A program made the translations under genes and the position numbers. A stretch of 63,926 bases of DNA, the filler included, from Octopus bimaculoides (taxonomy: Eukaryota), in the NCBI RefSeq assembly GCF_001194135.2. It is 7 parts of 7 records of this genome, joined end to end, with 100 filler letters (N's around TTAATTAATTAA, not from the genome) between each part and the next. Parts side by side here need not be neighbours in the genome. Positions count along the whole stretch, not along the records: positions 1 to 27,312 come from NC_069001.1; 6 more parts are not named here. One strand, given 5' to 3'. Positions 1-10,985 of the stretch are shown in pieces. The notes below the pieces were generated by a model that was not told where the DNA came from, searched no databases, and was given only the letters and a program-made list of their open reading frames with translations. The first letter of the stretch is position 1; each line of letters opens with the position of its first letter.

Positions 1-20
1 TATATATACATACTATATAT

Positions 21-165
21 ACGACGTGCCTCTTTCAGTTTTCTTCTACCAAATCCACTCATAAGGCTTTGGTCGGCCCGAAGATAAAGTACAAGACATT
101 TGCCCAAGGTGCCATACAGTGGAACTGAACCCGGAACAATGTGATTGGGAAGCAAGCTTCTTACT
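21..165 (-). mobile_element. tRNA-derived SINE family A, 5' portion
   Basis: Reverse complement of the head that recurs >10 times in this window (…ggttccgggttcagtcccactgcgtggcaccttgggcaagtgtcttctactatagcc…gtggatttggtagacggaaactgaaagaagcccgtcg). Confidence 0.75.
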
Positions 166-587
166 ATTGTATTGTTACGTAGCGGTGTATTAATAGTTCT
201 GACTTCACTTGAAAATACCATACCACTTCCAAAGTATATTTGGACAGAGAAAGATCTCATGGGCAGTGTTAACTAAAACAGGAGCATTAAAGAACGAATC
301 TAAGCTTTGAGTCTTATGCATTACAGAGAATCACTACGTTATCTGTTATTCTCAAATAGAAGGAACGAACAAAATGCGAATTGCGGGCCATGATCTAATT
401 CTTCCTTCAGTATTTCAAAGCAGTCTTTTTTGATGTCTGGTTAAACATCCAGAATGCTTACACTGACTAGAATCACTTTATTCAACCCAACCTGCTTATT
501 TATATAGATGGTTTGTATAGATTTGTATACTGAGGGCCAAGGCGATATAATATCCATTTGCGTCGAATAAATTAGAGCACGCATACA

Positions 588-636
<49 letters not shown>

Positions 637-1794
637 NNNNNNNNNNNNNNNNNNNNNNNNNNNNNNNNNNNNNNNNNNNNNNNNNNNNNNNNNNNNNNNN
701 NNNNNNNNNNNNNNNNNNNNNNNNNNNNNNNNNNNNNNNNNNNNNNNNNNNNNNNNNNNNNNNNNNNNNNNNNNNNNNNNNNNNNNNNNNNNNNNNNNNN
801 NNNNNNNNNNNNNNNNNNNNNNNNNNNNNNNNNNNNNNNNNNNNNNNNNNNNNNNNNNNNNNNNNNNNNNNNNNNNNNNNNNNNNNNNNNNNNNNNNNNN
901 NNNNNNNNNNNNNNNNNNNNNNNNNNNNNNNNNNNNNNNNNNNNNNNNNNNNNNNNNNNNNNNNNNNNNNNNNNNNNNNNNNNNNNNNNNNNNNNNNTCC
1001 ATCCTCCGTCTCTCTCCCCGTCATCTCCTGCTTATTAAACACCACCACCACCACCACCGCCACCACCACCACCACCAGCGCCACCACCACCACCACCACC
1101 ACCGAACACCCACCGCTTCCCGCCTCCTGTTAACTATTAACTAACACTAAAAGTACTTCCTGCAATCTTACACCCTGTCTTACCTCATTGCATGTTGTTG
1201 CATTCTCTACAGTCGTCTTATCATTCAGTGCAGCGTTATAATTTTGGTGGTGGTGGTGGTGGTGGTGGTCTTGGCGGTAGTAGTAATGGTAGTAGTGGTT
1301 GTCGTAGAGATGGCGTTAGTTGTATTGGTGTTGGTGGTAGTGGTGTTTTTGAGGTGTCGTGGTGATAGTGGTAGTTGTTATTTGTATCTATTTTCATTTC
1401 AAGGTTATCTATATCCAATCAATAATCGATGAGTGATTTTGAACAATTACCTCCTCCACCTACATTTTCTTCCTGAGTTTGTCAGTATTTCAGTGTTTAC
1501 GGCAGGGTGTATGTCAGAAAGCACACACATACACGTGCATACACATAAATATACACACACACAAACACGTAAATTTACATAAATACACACACACACACAC
1601 ACACATATGTGTGAAGTAGGTTTGTTTATTTGTCCATCTGTTTTAGAATCTGTCTCTCAGTCTCTCTCTACCTGTCTATCTCTCTAATTAGACACTTGTG
1701 CATGACTTGACAATACGCCCACGACTTTAATCATAGAACTTGTCTTACAACGTGAGCTAAATTTTATAATCTACGTCTGAAGTTGTGAGATGAA

Positions 1795-2000
1795 TTATTG
1801 ATTTCAAATTTTGGCACAAGGCCAGCAATTTTGGGTAAGTTACATCGGCCCCAGTGTTCAACTGATACTTATCGTATCGACCCCGAAGAGATGAAAAGCA
1901 AATAGACCTCGGGAGAATTTGAACTCAGAACGTAAAGACGAACGAAATGCCGCTAAGTATTGTTCCTTGCGCGGTAACGATTCTGCCAGCTGGCCGCCTT
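1795..2000 (-). mobile_element. tRNA-derived SINE family C copy
   Basis: Matches copies at 12385, 14230 and 43850 (…atcgaccccgaaaggatgaaaggcaaagtcgacctcggcggaatttgaactcag…gctaacgattctgccagc). Confidence 0.7.
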
Positions 2001-2089
2001 ATGTGAAATCAATTAGTATTAATTACAATGATTTCGCTAATTATTTACCGTGATTTTGCACAGTAGCGAGTAGACATATACCCCCTTTT

Positions 2090-2262
2090 GGCTCTCTCAT
2101 GTTGGGCCCGGCAGAATATCAATGATATGGCGGGTAGAGGTGGAGAAAGCTGCACCAGCTCTCAGCTGGTACTCATTTTCAGATGACGGTACAATAATAA
2201 CACTGATAGTCAAGAACCCTGACGATATCACAAAGTTACAGCAAGACCTAAATGCAAAATGT
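2090..2262 (+). pseudogene. Degenerate CR1/L2-type reverse transcriptase fragment
   Basis: Translation YSFSDDGTIITLIVKNPDDITKLQQDLNA resembles the FADD…LQ.DL motif of CR1/L2 RT; short and decayed. Confidence 0.35.
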
Positions 2263-2434
2263 AAGTGGGTATGGCAGCGAGCTGGTAGAATCGTTAGCAC
2301 ACCGGCAAAACGTTTAGCGGCATTTCGCTTTGAACTTGAACCCAGATGTCGTAAAGCATTTTGTCCGGCGTGCTAACAATTTTATCAGTTCACTGCCATA
2401 GTTTTAAATTACAAGAAATTCTCAAATAGTAACA

Positions 2435-2490
2435 ATCCCCGCAACCTCTCATATGCAAAACGAGCGCTCTACCACTCGAACTAATTTCCC
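2435..2490 (-). pseudogene. tRNA-Ala(TGC)-like pseudogene, 3'-truncated (T-arm lost)
   Basis: Minus strand reads gggaaattagttcgagtggtagagcgctcgttttgcatatgagaggttgcggggatt: A-box/D-arm plus anticodon stem ctcgt/atgag around tt-TGC-at. No B-box or acceptor 3' strand. Confidence 0.6.
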
Positions 2491-2748
2491 TACACATACT
2501 TCATGTACATAGTACTAAGATAACAACATTGAACAGGCATCTGGTTGGGTGGATTGCGACATCATTTAGAACACAGCAAAGAGACCATGTTGGAACCCGC
2601 GGAGAACATTTGTTTTTAGTATCCTGCACCCAATTATGGTTGCCATATAGCGTCAAACTAAAAGATGAGCTCGACGCATTCCAACGATGTTACATCAAGA
2701 AGATTGTCTCAGAGGTGAATATACATATGTCACTGCGTTTATATATAT

Positions 2749-2893
2749 TGTAGTCCAAAGTGGGACTGTTCTATCTATCGACAGACTCCCGACTGACACA
2801 CCTTGACTTCTTACGTCACAGTATTTGTAATGACTACACATACCACTCGTCACGTGGGAGGAGTGTTCCATTATTATTATTATCCCCATAACA
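2749..2893 (-). repeat. 3' LTR of the Gypsy element (shorter copy)
   Basis: tgtagtccaaag…ccccataaca; shares acgtcacagtatttgtaa…accactcgtcacgtgggagg…ttccattattat…ccccataaca with 7311-7534; abuts the PPT. Confidence 0.85.
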
Positions 2894-2912
2894 TCCCCAC
2901 TTTAAGGTCTTT
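2894..2912 (-). promoter_or_regulatory. Polypurine tract (PPT)
   Basis: Minus strand aaagaccttaaagtgggga immediately before the TGTTATG start of the 3' LTR. Confidence 0.7.
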
Positions 2913-5251
2913 TTTCTTATGGAATATAATTTTATTTGTTTTATTAGCAACAATTTTTACATCACTCCACCTTTCCTTTTTGAGTTTTTTTTTTAATACA
3001 GTTACGTTTAATTTTTTTTGTTTCGTTTGGTATCCACCTCCAGGAACTCTGTACATTTTCTTTTTCTTTTGCTTGTGCGTCTGGGTTCAATTATTTGTAG
3101 TGGCATTGGTACTTGAAAAGTATCATATAACCATTCCATTGATTCTTCCATTCTCTTGGGTTCACTCTCAACAAATATTTTTTAGTTGGTTCATGTGTCT
3201 CTTGTATAGCCCTTTTCTTCTTTTTACCAAGTATAGCATTTTTTTCTATGCGTTTGGTAATTACGCCGTCTTCCCAACTCTGTTTTCCGTTCTTATAAGT
3301 CCTAACAAATACATTTTCACCAATTCTGAAATATCTTGCTGTATTATCCATTGCAATTTGTCTTTTCTGACCAGGTAGTAATTTGTTGAAGACTGATTTT
3401 ATTTTCCTCGCAAACATCAGCTCCGCTGGTGACATACGTGCTGGTATATTTGGTTTTGGTGTCACCCGGTATACTCTTAAGAATTGTTGTAGAACTACCT
3501 CGTCCGTGACTTCCTTATTCGACTTTCTTAGGGCTCTCTTGAACGTATCGACAAAGCGTTCTGTTTATCCGTTAGATCTGGGATGGTATGGCGCTGTAGT
3601 TACATGTTCTACAGTGAACGTTTTACAAAACTTTTTAAACTCAAAAGACACAAATTGAGTTCCATTGTCAGACACTGTTGCGTCTGGGACGACAATCTCG
3701 CAAACTTCTCATTTTCGCAGTTGAGGAGGTTGGCTTTTTACACTTACAAATTTCTGGCCGTTTAGAGAAACTATCTACTACCATTAAGTAGTATAAACCG
3801 TTTAAGAGACCAGCGAAATCGATGTGTAGTCTATTTTTGGCCAAGGTTCACTTTTTATTGTCGGTAATTATGCTGCTAGAGAATATCCTTTGCAGCTTTT
3901 CATTAAAATTTCAGTTTCTCTATCTATTTTTGGCCAGTATACGTAGCTACACATTAAGGCTTTCGTCCTCGAAATACCAAGATGTCCAAAATGGAATCCC
4001 CTCAACATTTTCTTTTGCAGTGTTTCAGGTATTATTACTCTCTGTGCATACATCAGTGCAAATTGAGTATAGGTTCATGTCTTGGTTTCATTCCACACCA
4101 ATCCTGTTCCTGTTTAATTTTCCTTTCCACAGTATTCATTTCATTCCTGTTATGGATTTGTCCTTTTCCACGTTTCGTTTTATGGCTTCTAGGGTTACCG
4201 GTAATTCGCTTACCGCATTTCACATTACATTTTTTATTTCTCCTTCTGATCTGAACGCTGCGATTACCGTATCCTCGAATAACTCGCCGTGTTTCAGTAT
4301 CAGTCTGGACAAACCATCCACATGCCCTAGTTTTTTTGACGGTAAATATTCCATTTTGTAATTATAATTCAATAATGTAGTGCTCCATCGCTGTAGTCTA
4401 TTCGCTGTGTGTTGGTATTCCATTTTTAGAACCGTATATTGACAGTAGCGGGCGATGATCCGTTTGTAGACAAAAACTTCTTCCACGAATAAATCTATGG
4501 AATTTTTTTTACACGAAATATGATTGCTAACGCTTCTTTTCTATCTGGCGATAGTTCCTTTCAACTGGTAATAACGATCGTGACACATAGGCTAAAGCCT
4601 TTTTACTACCATCATCATATTTGTGCAGGAACACTGCTCCTACGCGGTGATCACTCGCATCTGTAGCCAATATAATAATCAACTTTGGATCAAAATGCGT
4701 TAACGATAAGTTCGATGTTAAAATGATTTTTATTTTGTTAAATGCCTTCTGACACTTATCAGTCCAACACCATTTTGCACGTTTTAAAACAGATCATTGA
4801 GCGGGGCCCTTACATTGTTTAAATTGAGAATATAAATTTGATAGTAATTTACTAATCCCCAAACTGCTCGAAGCATACTCACATTATTCGGTGTGGGCAT
4901 ATTTGTTTTTATCGCAGCTGCTCTGGCTGGATCCTTTTCCGTCCGTTTTTATCTATTATATGGGCCAAGTATTTAACTGTTTTTCAGAAAGAACTAGCAT
5001 TTTCTTCACTTAACTTAAAACCGTTTTCTCTTATCATTTCGAATACCCTTTTTACGTGTTCTACATGTTGTTCGTGTGATTCGCTTTTTATTAAGATATC
5101 ATCTAAATAGGCGATAGTAAAATCACTGTCCGCCAGCATTGTATCCATTACTTGTTGAAATATTGACCGGGTCACTTTTACACCAAAGGGAAGCTGCTTA
5201 AATTTAAATAAGTGTGTTAATGGCTAATAAGTGCGAACATTCTTCTTCTAC

Positions 5252-5488
5252 ATTGTTTACATTTGACGGATATTTGTCCTCATCTTGTTTGTTGTTAACA
5301 CAACGTTTCGGTTGATATACCCTCCAGCCTTCATCAGGTGTCTTGGGTTCTCATTCCTAAGGTATTTTTCGATATTATTATTATTATTATTATTATTCAG
5401 GTCACTGCCTAGAATCGAACTCGTAATCTTGGGGTTAGTAGCCAGCGCTCTTAACCACTACGCCATATGCCCACGGGCATATGGCGTA
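5252..5488 (-). mobile_element. Non-autonomous tRNA-headed element with 5' fold-back and hammerhead-like motif, inserted in Gypsy RT
   Basis: 9-bp TSD ttcttctac (5243-5251 and 5489-5497); removing the insert restores RT reading GTYLQIQVEEECSHLLAINT. tRNA-like head gcgtagtggttaagagcgc…gagttcgattc, (AAT)n spacer, CTGATGA…GAAACGTT. Confidence 0.85.
5297..5342 (-). ncRNA. Minimal type-I hammerhead ribozyme candidate
   Basis: GACAC-CUGAUGA-A-GGCUG(gaggguauau)CAACC-GAA-ACGU-U-GUGUU: intact core, 5-bp stem I, stem II with one mismatch, ACGU palindromic stem III. Folded by eye only. Confidence 0.6.
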
Positions 5489-6145
5489 TTCTTCTACTTG
5501 AATTTGTAGATATGTCCCCGACAGGTCTAATTTTGAGAAAAATTTCCATCCATTCAATTTTGCGAACGCTTCCTTAGGACTCGGAAATGGGTAGTTATGT
5601 GAGATAAAACAATCATTCAACCCCGTTGAAAAACCTGCACAGAATTGTAACTTATTTTACTTTTTTAAGTAGACCGTAGGTACTGTCCAACCTGAGTGGC
5701 CTATCTTCTCGAATATTCCTAAGCTTTCCAGTCTTTCAAGTTACTTATTTACCTGTTCATTTGCCTATGTTTTCGTGCAGCAGCCCAGTTCATCCGAGAA
5801 AACATCTAGAAATAAATGTTTTATTTTTCCGTTTAATCTCTCAGTCGCATTCGAACCTTCGACTGAACTGACTATATTCCCACACAAAACACTTATAGGT
5901 GTATTCCACAGTTTGAACAATTTCATCCACTCTATGCCGAATAGATTAACTGAATTTTTTAGCACATGTACATTTGCCGTTTTCATTTGGTCACGAAATG
6001 TTCCATTACACACAAATTCACCTACAAAATACAATGTTTTACCCGTAACACCGTGTACTATTTTTGTAGATTTACTTAATTTTGGCTTACCGATATACTT
6101 CCAAGTTTCTTCATTCAAAATGGTAATATCACTTCCAGAATCTAA

Positions 6146-7056
6146 CTACATTTTTACTCTAATATTTTCAATTTTCACATTTATGAATTTCCTCTTTGTC
6201 ACATTACCATTTTCTTTCAACAACATCTTGTTTATTCTTTTTTCTTTGTTCCAACGTTTTGTCATCTTGGTTTTACAGTGTGCTTTTACGTGTCCAATTT
6301 TTCCACAACGAAAGCATTCCGCTTTCTTAAATGGGCAGTTTTTTTTTTCGCGTGTAGACTTCCACATGCAAAACATGGGTTTGTTTTCTGATTTTTGTCT
6401 TATTTATATTGTATTTTAGTACACATTTGATTTCTATTCTGTTTGTTTCGCACTTGTTTCACTCGGGCGCAATCTTTATGCCCAATTTTCTCTGTGCCGT
6501 ATCTTAAATTTAAGATTCTTTCACACTCTTCTGACACTTGTAAGGTTACAGCTTAGTTTTGTTCCAGCTTAGCGAGAATTCTTATTCTTACTTCTGCGTC
6601 TTTTTCTGCAGTTAGTCCTTGAGTAAATATCAGACACTTGAAAATATCTGGCGTTAATTTGCCAGTTTGAACTTTTCACATTTTCTGGTAACTTTACCAG
6701 CATATGTGATGTAGTTCTCTTCGTTGTTCTTTTCTAGGTACAAACATTTCCAGCGTGTATTGAACAACGAGTTTTTCTTGCTAAACATTTTACACAATAT
6801 GTCTGTTGTATTTTTAAAGTTTATTTCAGAAGGTCTTTTTCGGGAGTACGTAATTGTTGTAACGCTCATGTTCTCCTGCTGCCAGTTTTCTTAAGATTAG
6901 ATATGTTTCCATATCGTCGTCCCAATCTTTGCACACTTTACTATTGATCTGTTCGTATCTTCTATAGTATATCTCGAAGGCAACTCCTTCGTCTGGTTCA
7001 TACTTAAATTCTGTTATTGAGTTTGCAACATAATCTGGTGAGAACATTTTCACCAT
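6146..7056 (-). pseudogene. gag: Gypsy gag remnant with CCHC zinc knuckle
   Basis: ATG at 7056 (MVKMFSPDYVANSITEFKYEPDEGVAFEIYYRRYE…KLAAGEHERYNNYVLPK), SLFNTRWKCL, and CPFKKAECFRCGKIGHVKAHC; frameshifted. Confidence 0.85.
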
Positions 7057-7293
7057 GTTTGGACAACTTACTATTCATTAATTGAAGCATTTGTTGTTGT
7101 AATAGTAATTATTGTTCTTCTTCTTGTAGTTGTGGTTGTTGCTGTTTTTGCAACTCGAGCAAACCGGCCAACAATTCTTCCATAATTTTACGATTTTGTT
7201 TACCGTAAAATTCGTACAAAAATTTAGTGAGTTTTGTAACTTCTTATGAATTTGTTTAATCCTCGAGAGTTTGTTAATTCCTGAGTTTGTTAA

Positions 7294-7306
7294 TTCTTCA
7301 TCGCCA
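7294..7306 (-). promoter_or_regulatory. Primer-binding site, tRNA-Ser(GCT)-like
   Basis: Minus strand TGGCGATGAAGAA lies 4 nt after the 5' LTR end (…ggattaca); resembles the TGGCGACGAGGA-type PBS. Confidence 0.6.
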
Positions 7307-7310
7307 CTAT

Positions 7311-7485
7311 TGTAATCCAACGTCGAACGTATGACGTCCACTCTGGTATAGCAGTATAGTTAGATAGACAAGTAAAGACAGGACTATCTATCGATCGACT
7401 CACAACTGACACTCCCCTCAACTTCCTACGTCACAGTATTTGTAACGACTAGCACCTACCACTCGTCACGTGGGAGGGGGTGTTC

Positions 7486-7524
<39 letters not shown>

Positions 7525-7534
7525 CCCCATAACA
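7311..7534 (-). repeat. 5' LTR of the Gypsy element
   Basis: tgtaatccaa…ccccataaca with an expanded (TAT)n; homologous to 2749-2893. Confidence 0.85.
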
Positions 7535-7899
7535 CACTCACACGCATGCACGCACGCACATACACACACATATTTAGCAGAAGCAACAGAGTGACTCAAG
7601 GGCCGACAGTTTCGTGCGTTGGCACTTATCAGTCTAGTTGGATAAGTGGCAATACACTTACCAAGCTAGTAAACAAGTAGTTTGGTGTAGTTGTATATGT
7701 ATTCAAAAGACGTTTTGACAAATGTCTGAGAGATCAGATGAACCCACATCGCAGTAAGAAACCCATTTAAAGTTGGTGACATCCAATTTTGTCGTTCAGC
7801 AAATCCAAATACGGAGATGTGGCTATGAAAATGAAATAAATACACAAAGCCACATTAATGGCGATGCTCCAGCGTAGCCAAAGCCTCTGGCTTTATATA

Positions 7900-7953
<54 letters not shown>

Positions 7954-7969
7954 AAGACATATATACACA

Positions 7970-9368
7970 CGAGGGCTGTTCATTAAAGATTTCCTGTGAC
8001 CCACTTCTCAAGGACTGGNNNNNNNNNNNNNNNNNNNNNNNNNNNNNNNNNNNNNNNNNNNNNNNNNNNNNNNNNNNNNNNNNNNNNNNNNNNNNNNNNN
8101 NNNNNNNNNNNNNNNNNNNNNNNNNNNNNNNNNNNNNNNNNNNNNNNNNNNNNNNNNNNNNNNNNNNNNNNNNNNNNNNNNNNNNNNNNNNNNNNNNNNN
8201 NNNNNNNNNNNNNNNNNNNNNNNNNNNNNNNNNNNNNNNNNNNNNNNNNNNNNNNNNNNNNNNNNNNNNNNNNNNNNNNNNNNNNNNNNNNNNNNNNNNN
8301 NNNNNNNNNNNNNNNNNNNNNNNNNNNNNNNNNNNNNNNNNNNNNNNNNNNNNNNNNNNNNNNNNNNNNNNNNNNNNNGGGTCGGGAGAGTAAGCGGGAT
8401 GAGGAAGGATTTCATAGCCGCAGGAGTGTGCTTCCATCTAGGTAACATGAGCATTGTGAATTGGGGGGTTGTCTAGGAGGAGGCGGACTCCTTTGGTCAG
8501 CATGCCACGCCTCACTACTTTCATGGTGTCCCACTATTTCTGCTGCAGAGAAGCATAATAACTGTGCTGCTCTTTGCCAGAAAATCCATCATCACTACTC
8601 CACGCTGGTCCCAAGGATTGTGAGTATCACCTTGCCTACTGCTGAGGGTTGGACTCGAGCCTTTTTTGGAAGTGGTGAGTTATCATGCTTCCATTACTTC
8701 GACTGGACTTTAGTCTCAGGATCATAATGGTGGACTCATGTTTCATCCTGTATGATGAGTCAGCCGAAAAAGACCTCCTCGTTTTCTTGGCACATTGCCA
8801 AAAGAGCCTGGGAGCTATTGACATGTTCCTGCTTCTGAAAAGGTGTGAATATCCGGGAAATCCATCGAGCAAACAGCTTGCGCATGTGCAAATGATCGTG
8901 AATGATTTTTACCACGGCCCTTACACATATCTTCACTCCTTGGGCTAATTGCTAAATAGTTATGCGGCGATTCTCCAAAATGACGGCTTCCACATCAATG
9001 GCTAAATGTGGTCGTCCAGGAATAGGAGCAGTTTCCACCGACGCCCGACCACATTTGAACTGGTGATACCAGTGCTTGGCTACGTCGTATGATGGTGCAT
9101 CGTCACCATAAACTTCTTTTATCTCATCAAAAGTTTCTTTTGGGGTACGACCTTTCAAGTATAAGAACCTAATCGTTGATCTGCATTCAGCTGCCACCAT
9201 TATAACACCTTAATTCACTTCAGCAGTTGTAAAAGACAAATGAATATTAGTGGACAGCTGCAATTTACAATGTGACATGGAGAGACATGTATAACTATAC
9301 CTGTACAAGTTCCGTTTCCTGCAATAACCGGAAGTGGGTCAGGGGAAATCTTTAATGAACGTCCCTCG
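7970..9368 (-). mobile_element. Mariner (DD34D-type) DNA transposon, full length but decayed, partly in a gap
   Basis: TIRs cgagggctgttcattaaagatttcctgtgacccacttc / gaagtgggtcaggggaaatctttaatgaacgtccctcg with TA at the right end; transposase pieces RSTIRFLYLKGRTPKETFDEIKEVYG…WYHQFKCGR…GRP and LPHPAYSPD. Confidence 0.9.
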
Positions 9369-9384
9369 TAAATATATATACACG

Positions 9385-9510
9385 ACGGTTCCTTTCAGTC
9401 AACCCGAGGTTATAGTCAAAGAATCTTACCCAAGGTGCCACGCAGTGGGACTGAACTCAGAACCATGTGTTTGAGAAGTAAACGTCTTACCACGCAGCTA
9501 CACCTGTGCC
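9385..9510 (-). mobile_element. SINE family A head fragment
   Basis: cccaaggtgccacgcagtgggactgaactcagaaccatgtg…cttaccacgcagc. Confidence 0.65.
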
Positions 9511-9581
9511 TATATATATGTGTGTGTGTGTTTGTGTATGTGTGTGTGTGTGTGTGCGTGTGCGTGCGTGTATACGCGGTG

Positions 9582-10340
9582 CATTGCAGTAGGTTTGAGA
9601 CTTTATTTTAGTAGCTCTTTATAATCGTCCTAGATTATTGTAATTCCAGTGTATCATTATTATACGTCTAATAAGCGCATCTGCCGACTTTTGTTGTTCC
9701 AGATTGAGGGAGACGGCGGTAATAGCACTTTGAGCACACCCTACTAAATACTGCTTGTCACACACTACTTGCCACGGCTGGCTAGTTTACCGAACGCAGT
9801 CGGGACGTTTGAAAACCTTCCCCCCACCATGCAATAAAGTTTTTGTGTTAAACGGAGCAAAAATGCTACAGAAAATTATGCAATGTTCTAGACTGTTTAT
9901 GGATTAACGTTTTTGCTGGCACAAGAGTTTCAAGGACGGTGAAGAGTAAATTAGAGACTTTAAGAGGTGTGCGAAGGAGAGGGACTTCAGAACATCTGAG
10001 CTGGCTGAGAAAATTCGCAATTTTCTGGATAAAGAGCGTCGTATATCGTAAGACAATAGGCATGTAGTTAGGAGTTGCTGTGGCAACTGCACACAAAATT
10101 TGTGTCAAGTTTGTTCGTAGTGCCCAATTACTTGACAGAGACGGACATCAAAATTGTCCTTCATCCTGCCTGCAGTCCAGACCTTGCTTCCTGTGACTTT
10201 TGGTTATTTCCCAAGCTAAAGGAGGACCTTAGGGACAGTCGTTTTGAAGATGAAAAAGGCTGTTACAAGGGTTCTGGACACCTTCAGCTTGGAGGACTTA
10301 CACGGGGCCTTTCTTTACCAAGTGGCTGGAGTACTACAAT
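9582..10340 (+). mobile_element. Internally deleted mariner remnant
   Basis: TIR-like start tacgcggtgcattgcagtaggtttgagact; C-terminal HPACSPDLASCDFWLFPKLKEDLRDSRFED. Confidence 0.75.
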
Positions 10341-10587
10341 ACATGTAACATTCAGCAATTTATAGCTGATAATGATACACTATTAAATGAGAGGAGACTA
10401 ATGGACGATATAGCAGCGCTTTGACTCTGGTCATCCGAGGATGCTTATGTACACAGCTATTGTTGAATCATATTAATAGAATATTGCGTATAGTTTATCT
10501 AACATTCAGCAATTAACAGCTGATAATGATGCGTTGAAACAATTGCAGGGATTTGTAATAAAGCCTGTTCGATCTATCTTCTAGTAT

Positions 10588-10985
10588 ACTCTTTACTCTT
10601 TTACTCTTTTACTTGTTTCAGCCTTATGACTGTGGCCATGCTGGAGCACCGCCTTTAGTCAAGCAAATCGACCCCAGGACTTATTCTTTGGAAGCCTAGT
10701 ACTTATTCTATTGGTCTCTTTTGCCGAACCGCTAAGTTACGGGGACGTAAACACACCAGCATCGGTTGTCAAGCGATGTTGGGGGGACAAACACAGACAC
10801 AAACATATATATACATATATACGACGGGCTTCTTTCAGTTTCCTTCTACCAAATCCACTCACAAGGCTTAGCCGGCCCTAGGCTATAGTCGAAGACACTT
10901 GCCCAAGGTGCCACACAGCGGGACTGAACACGAAACCATGTGTTTGGTAAACAAGCTACTTACCACACAGCCACTCCTACGCCTA
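10588..10985 (-). mobile_element. SINE family A, full length
   Basis: (tactctt)n tail, body gctggagcaccgcctttagtc…gccgaaccgctaagttacggggacg, internal microsatellite, tRNA-like head. Confidence 0.85.

Larger units (their letters stand above)
3050..6145 (-). pseudogene. pol: Gypsy pol remnant (protease, RT, RNase H, integrase)
   Basis: Protease LDSGSDI (preceded by an in-frame stop); RT FSKLDLSGTYLQ and AYLDDILI; RNase H LATDASD; integrase GHLGISRTKALMCSYVYWP and YHPRSNGQAERFVDTFKRAL, then SPAELMF. RT is split by an insertion at 5252-5488. Confidence 0.9.
2749..7534 (-). mobile_element. Decayed Gypsy/Ty3 LTR retrotransposon (K02A2.6/Mag-like), near full length
   Basis: TG…CA LTRs at both ends, PBS, PPT, and gag-PR-RT-RH-INT order on the minus strand, with many stops and frameshifts. 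Confidence 0.9.

Noticed and set aside
5400-5488. Functional tRNA gene (also 19518-19592)
   Set aside because: The acceptor stem does not pair and there is no oligo-T terminator; it is the head of a TSD-bounded repeat.
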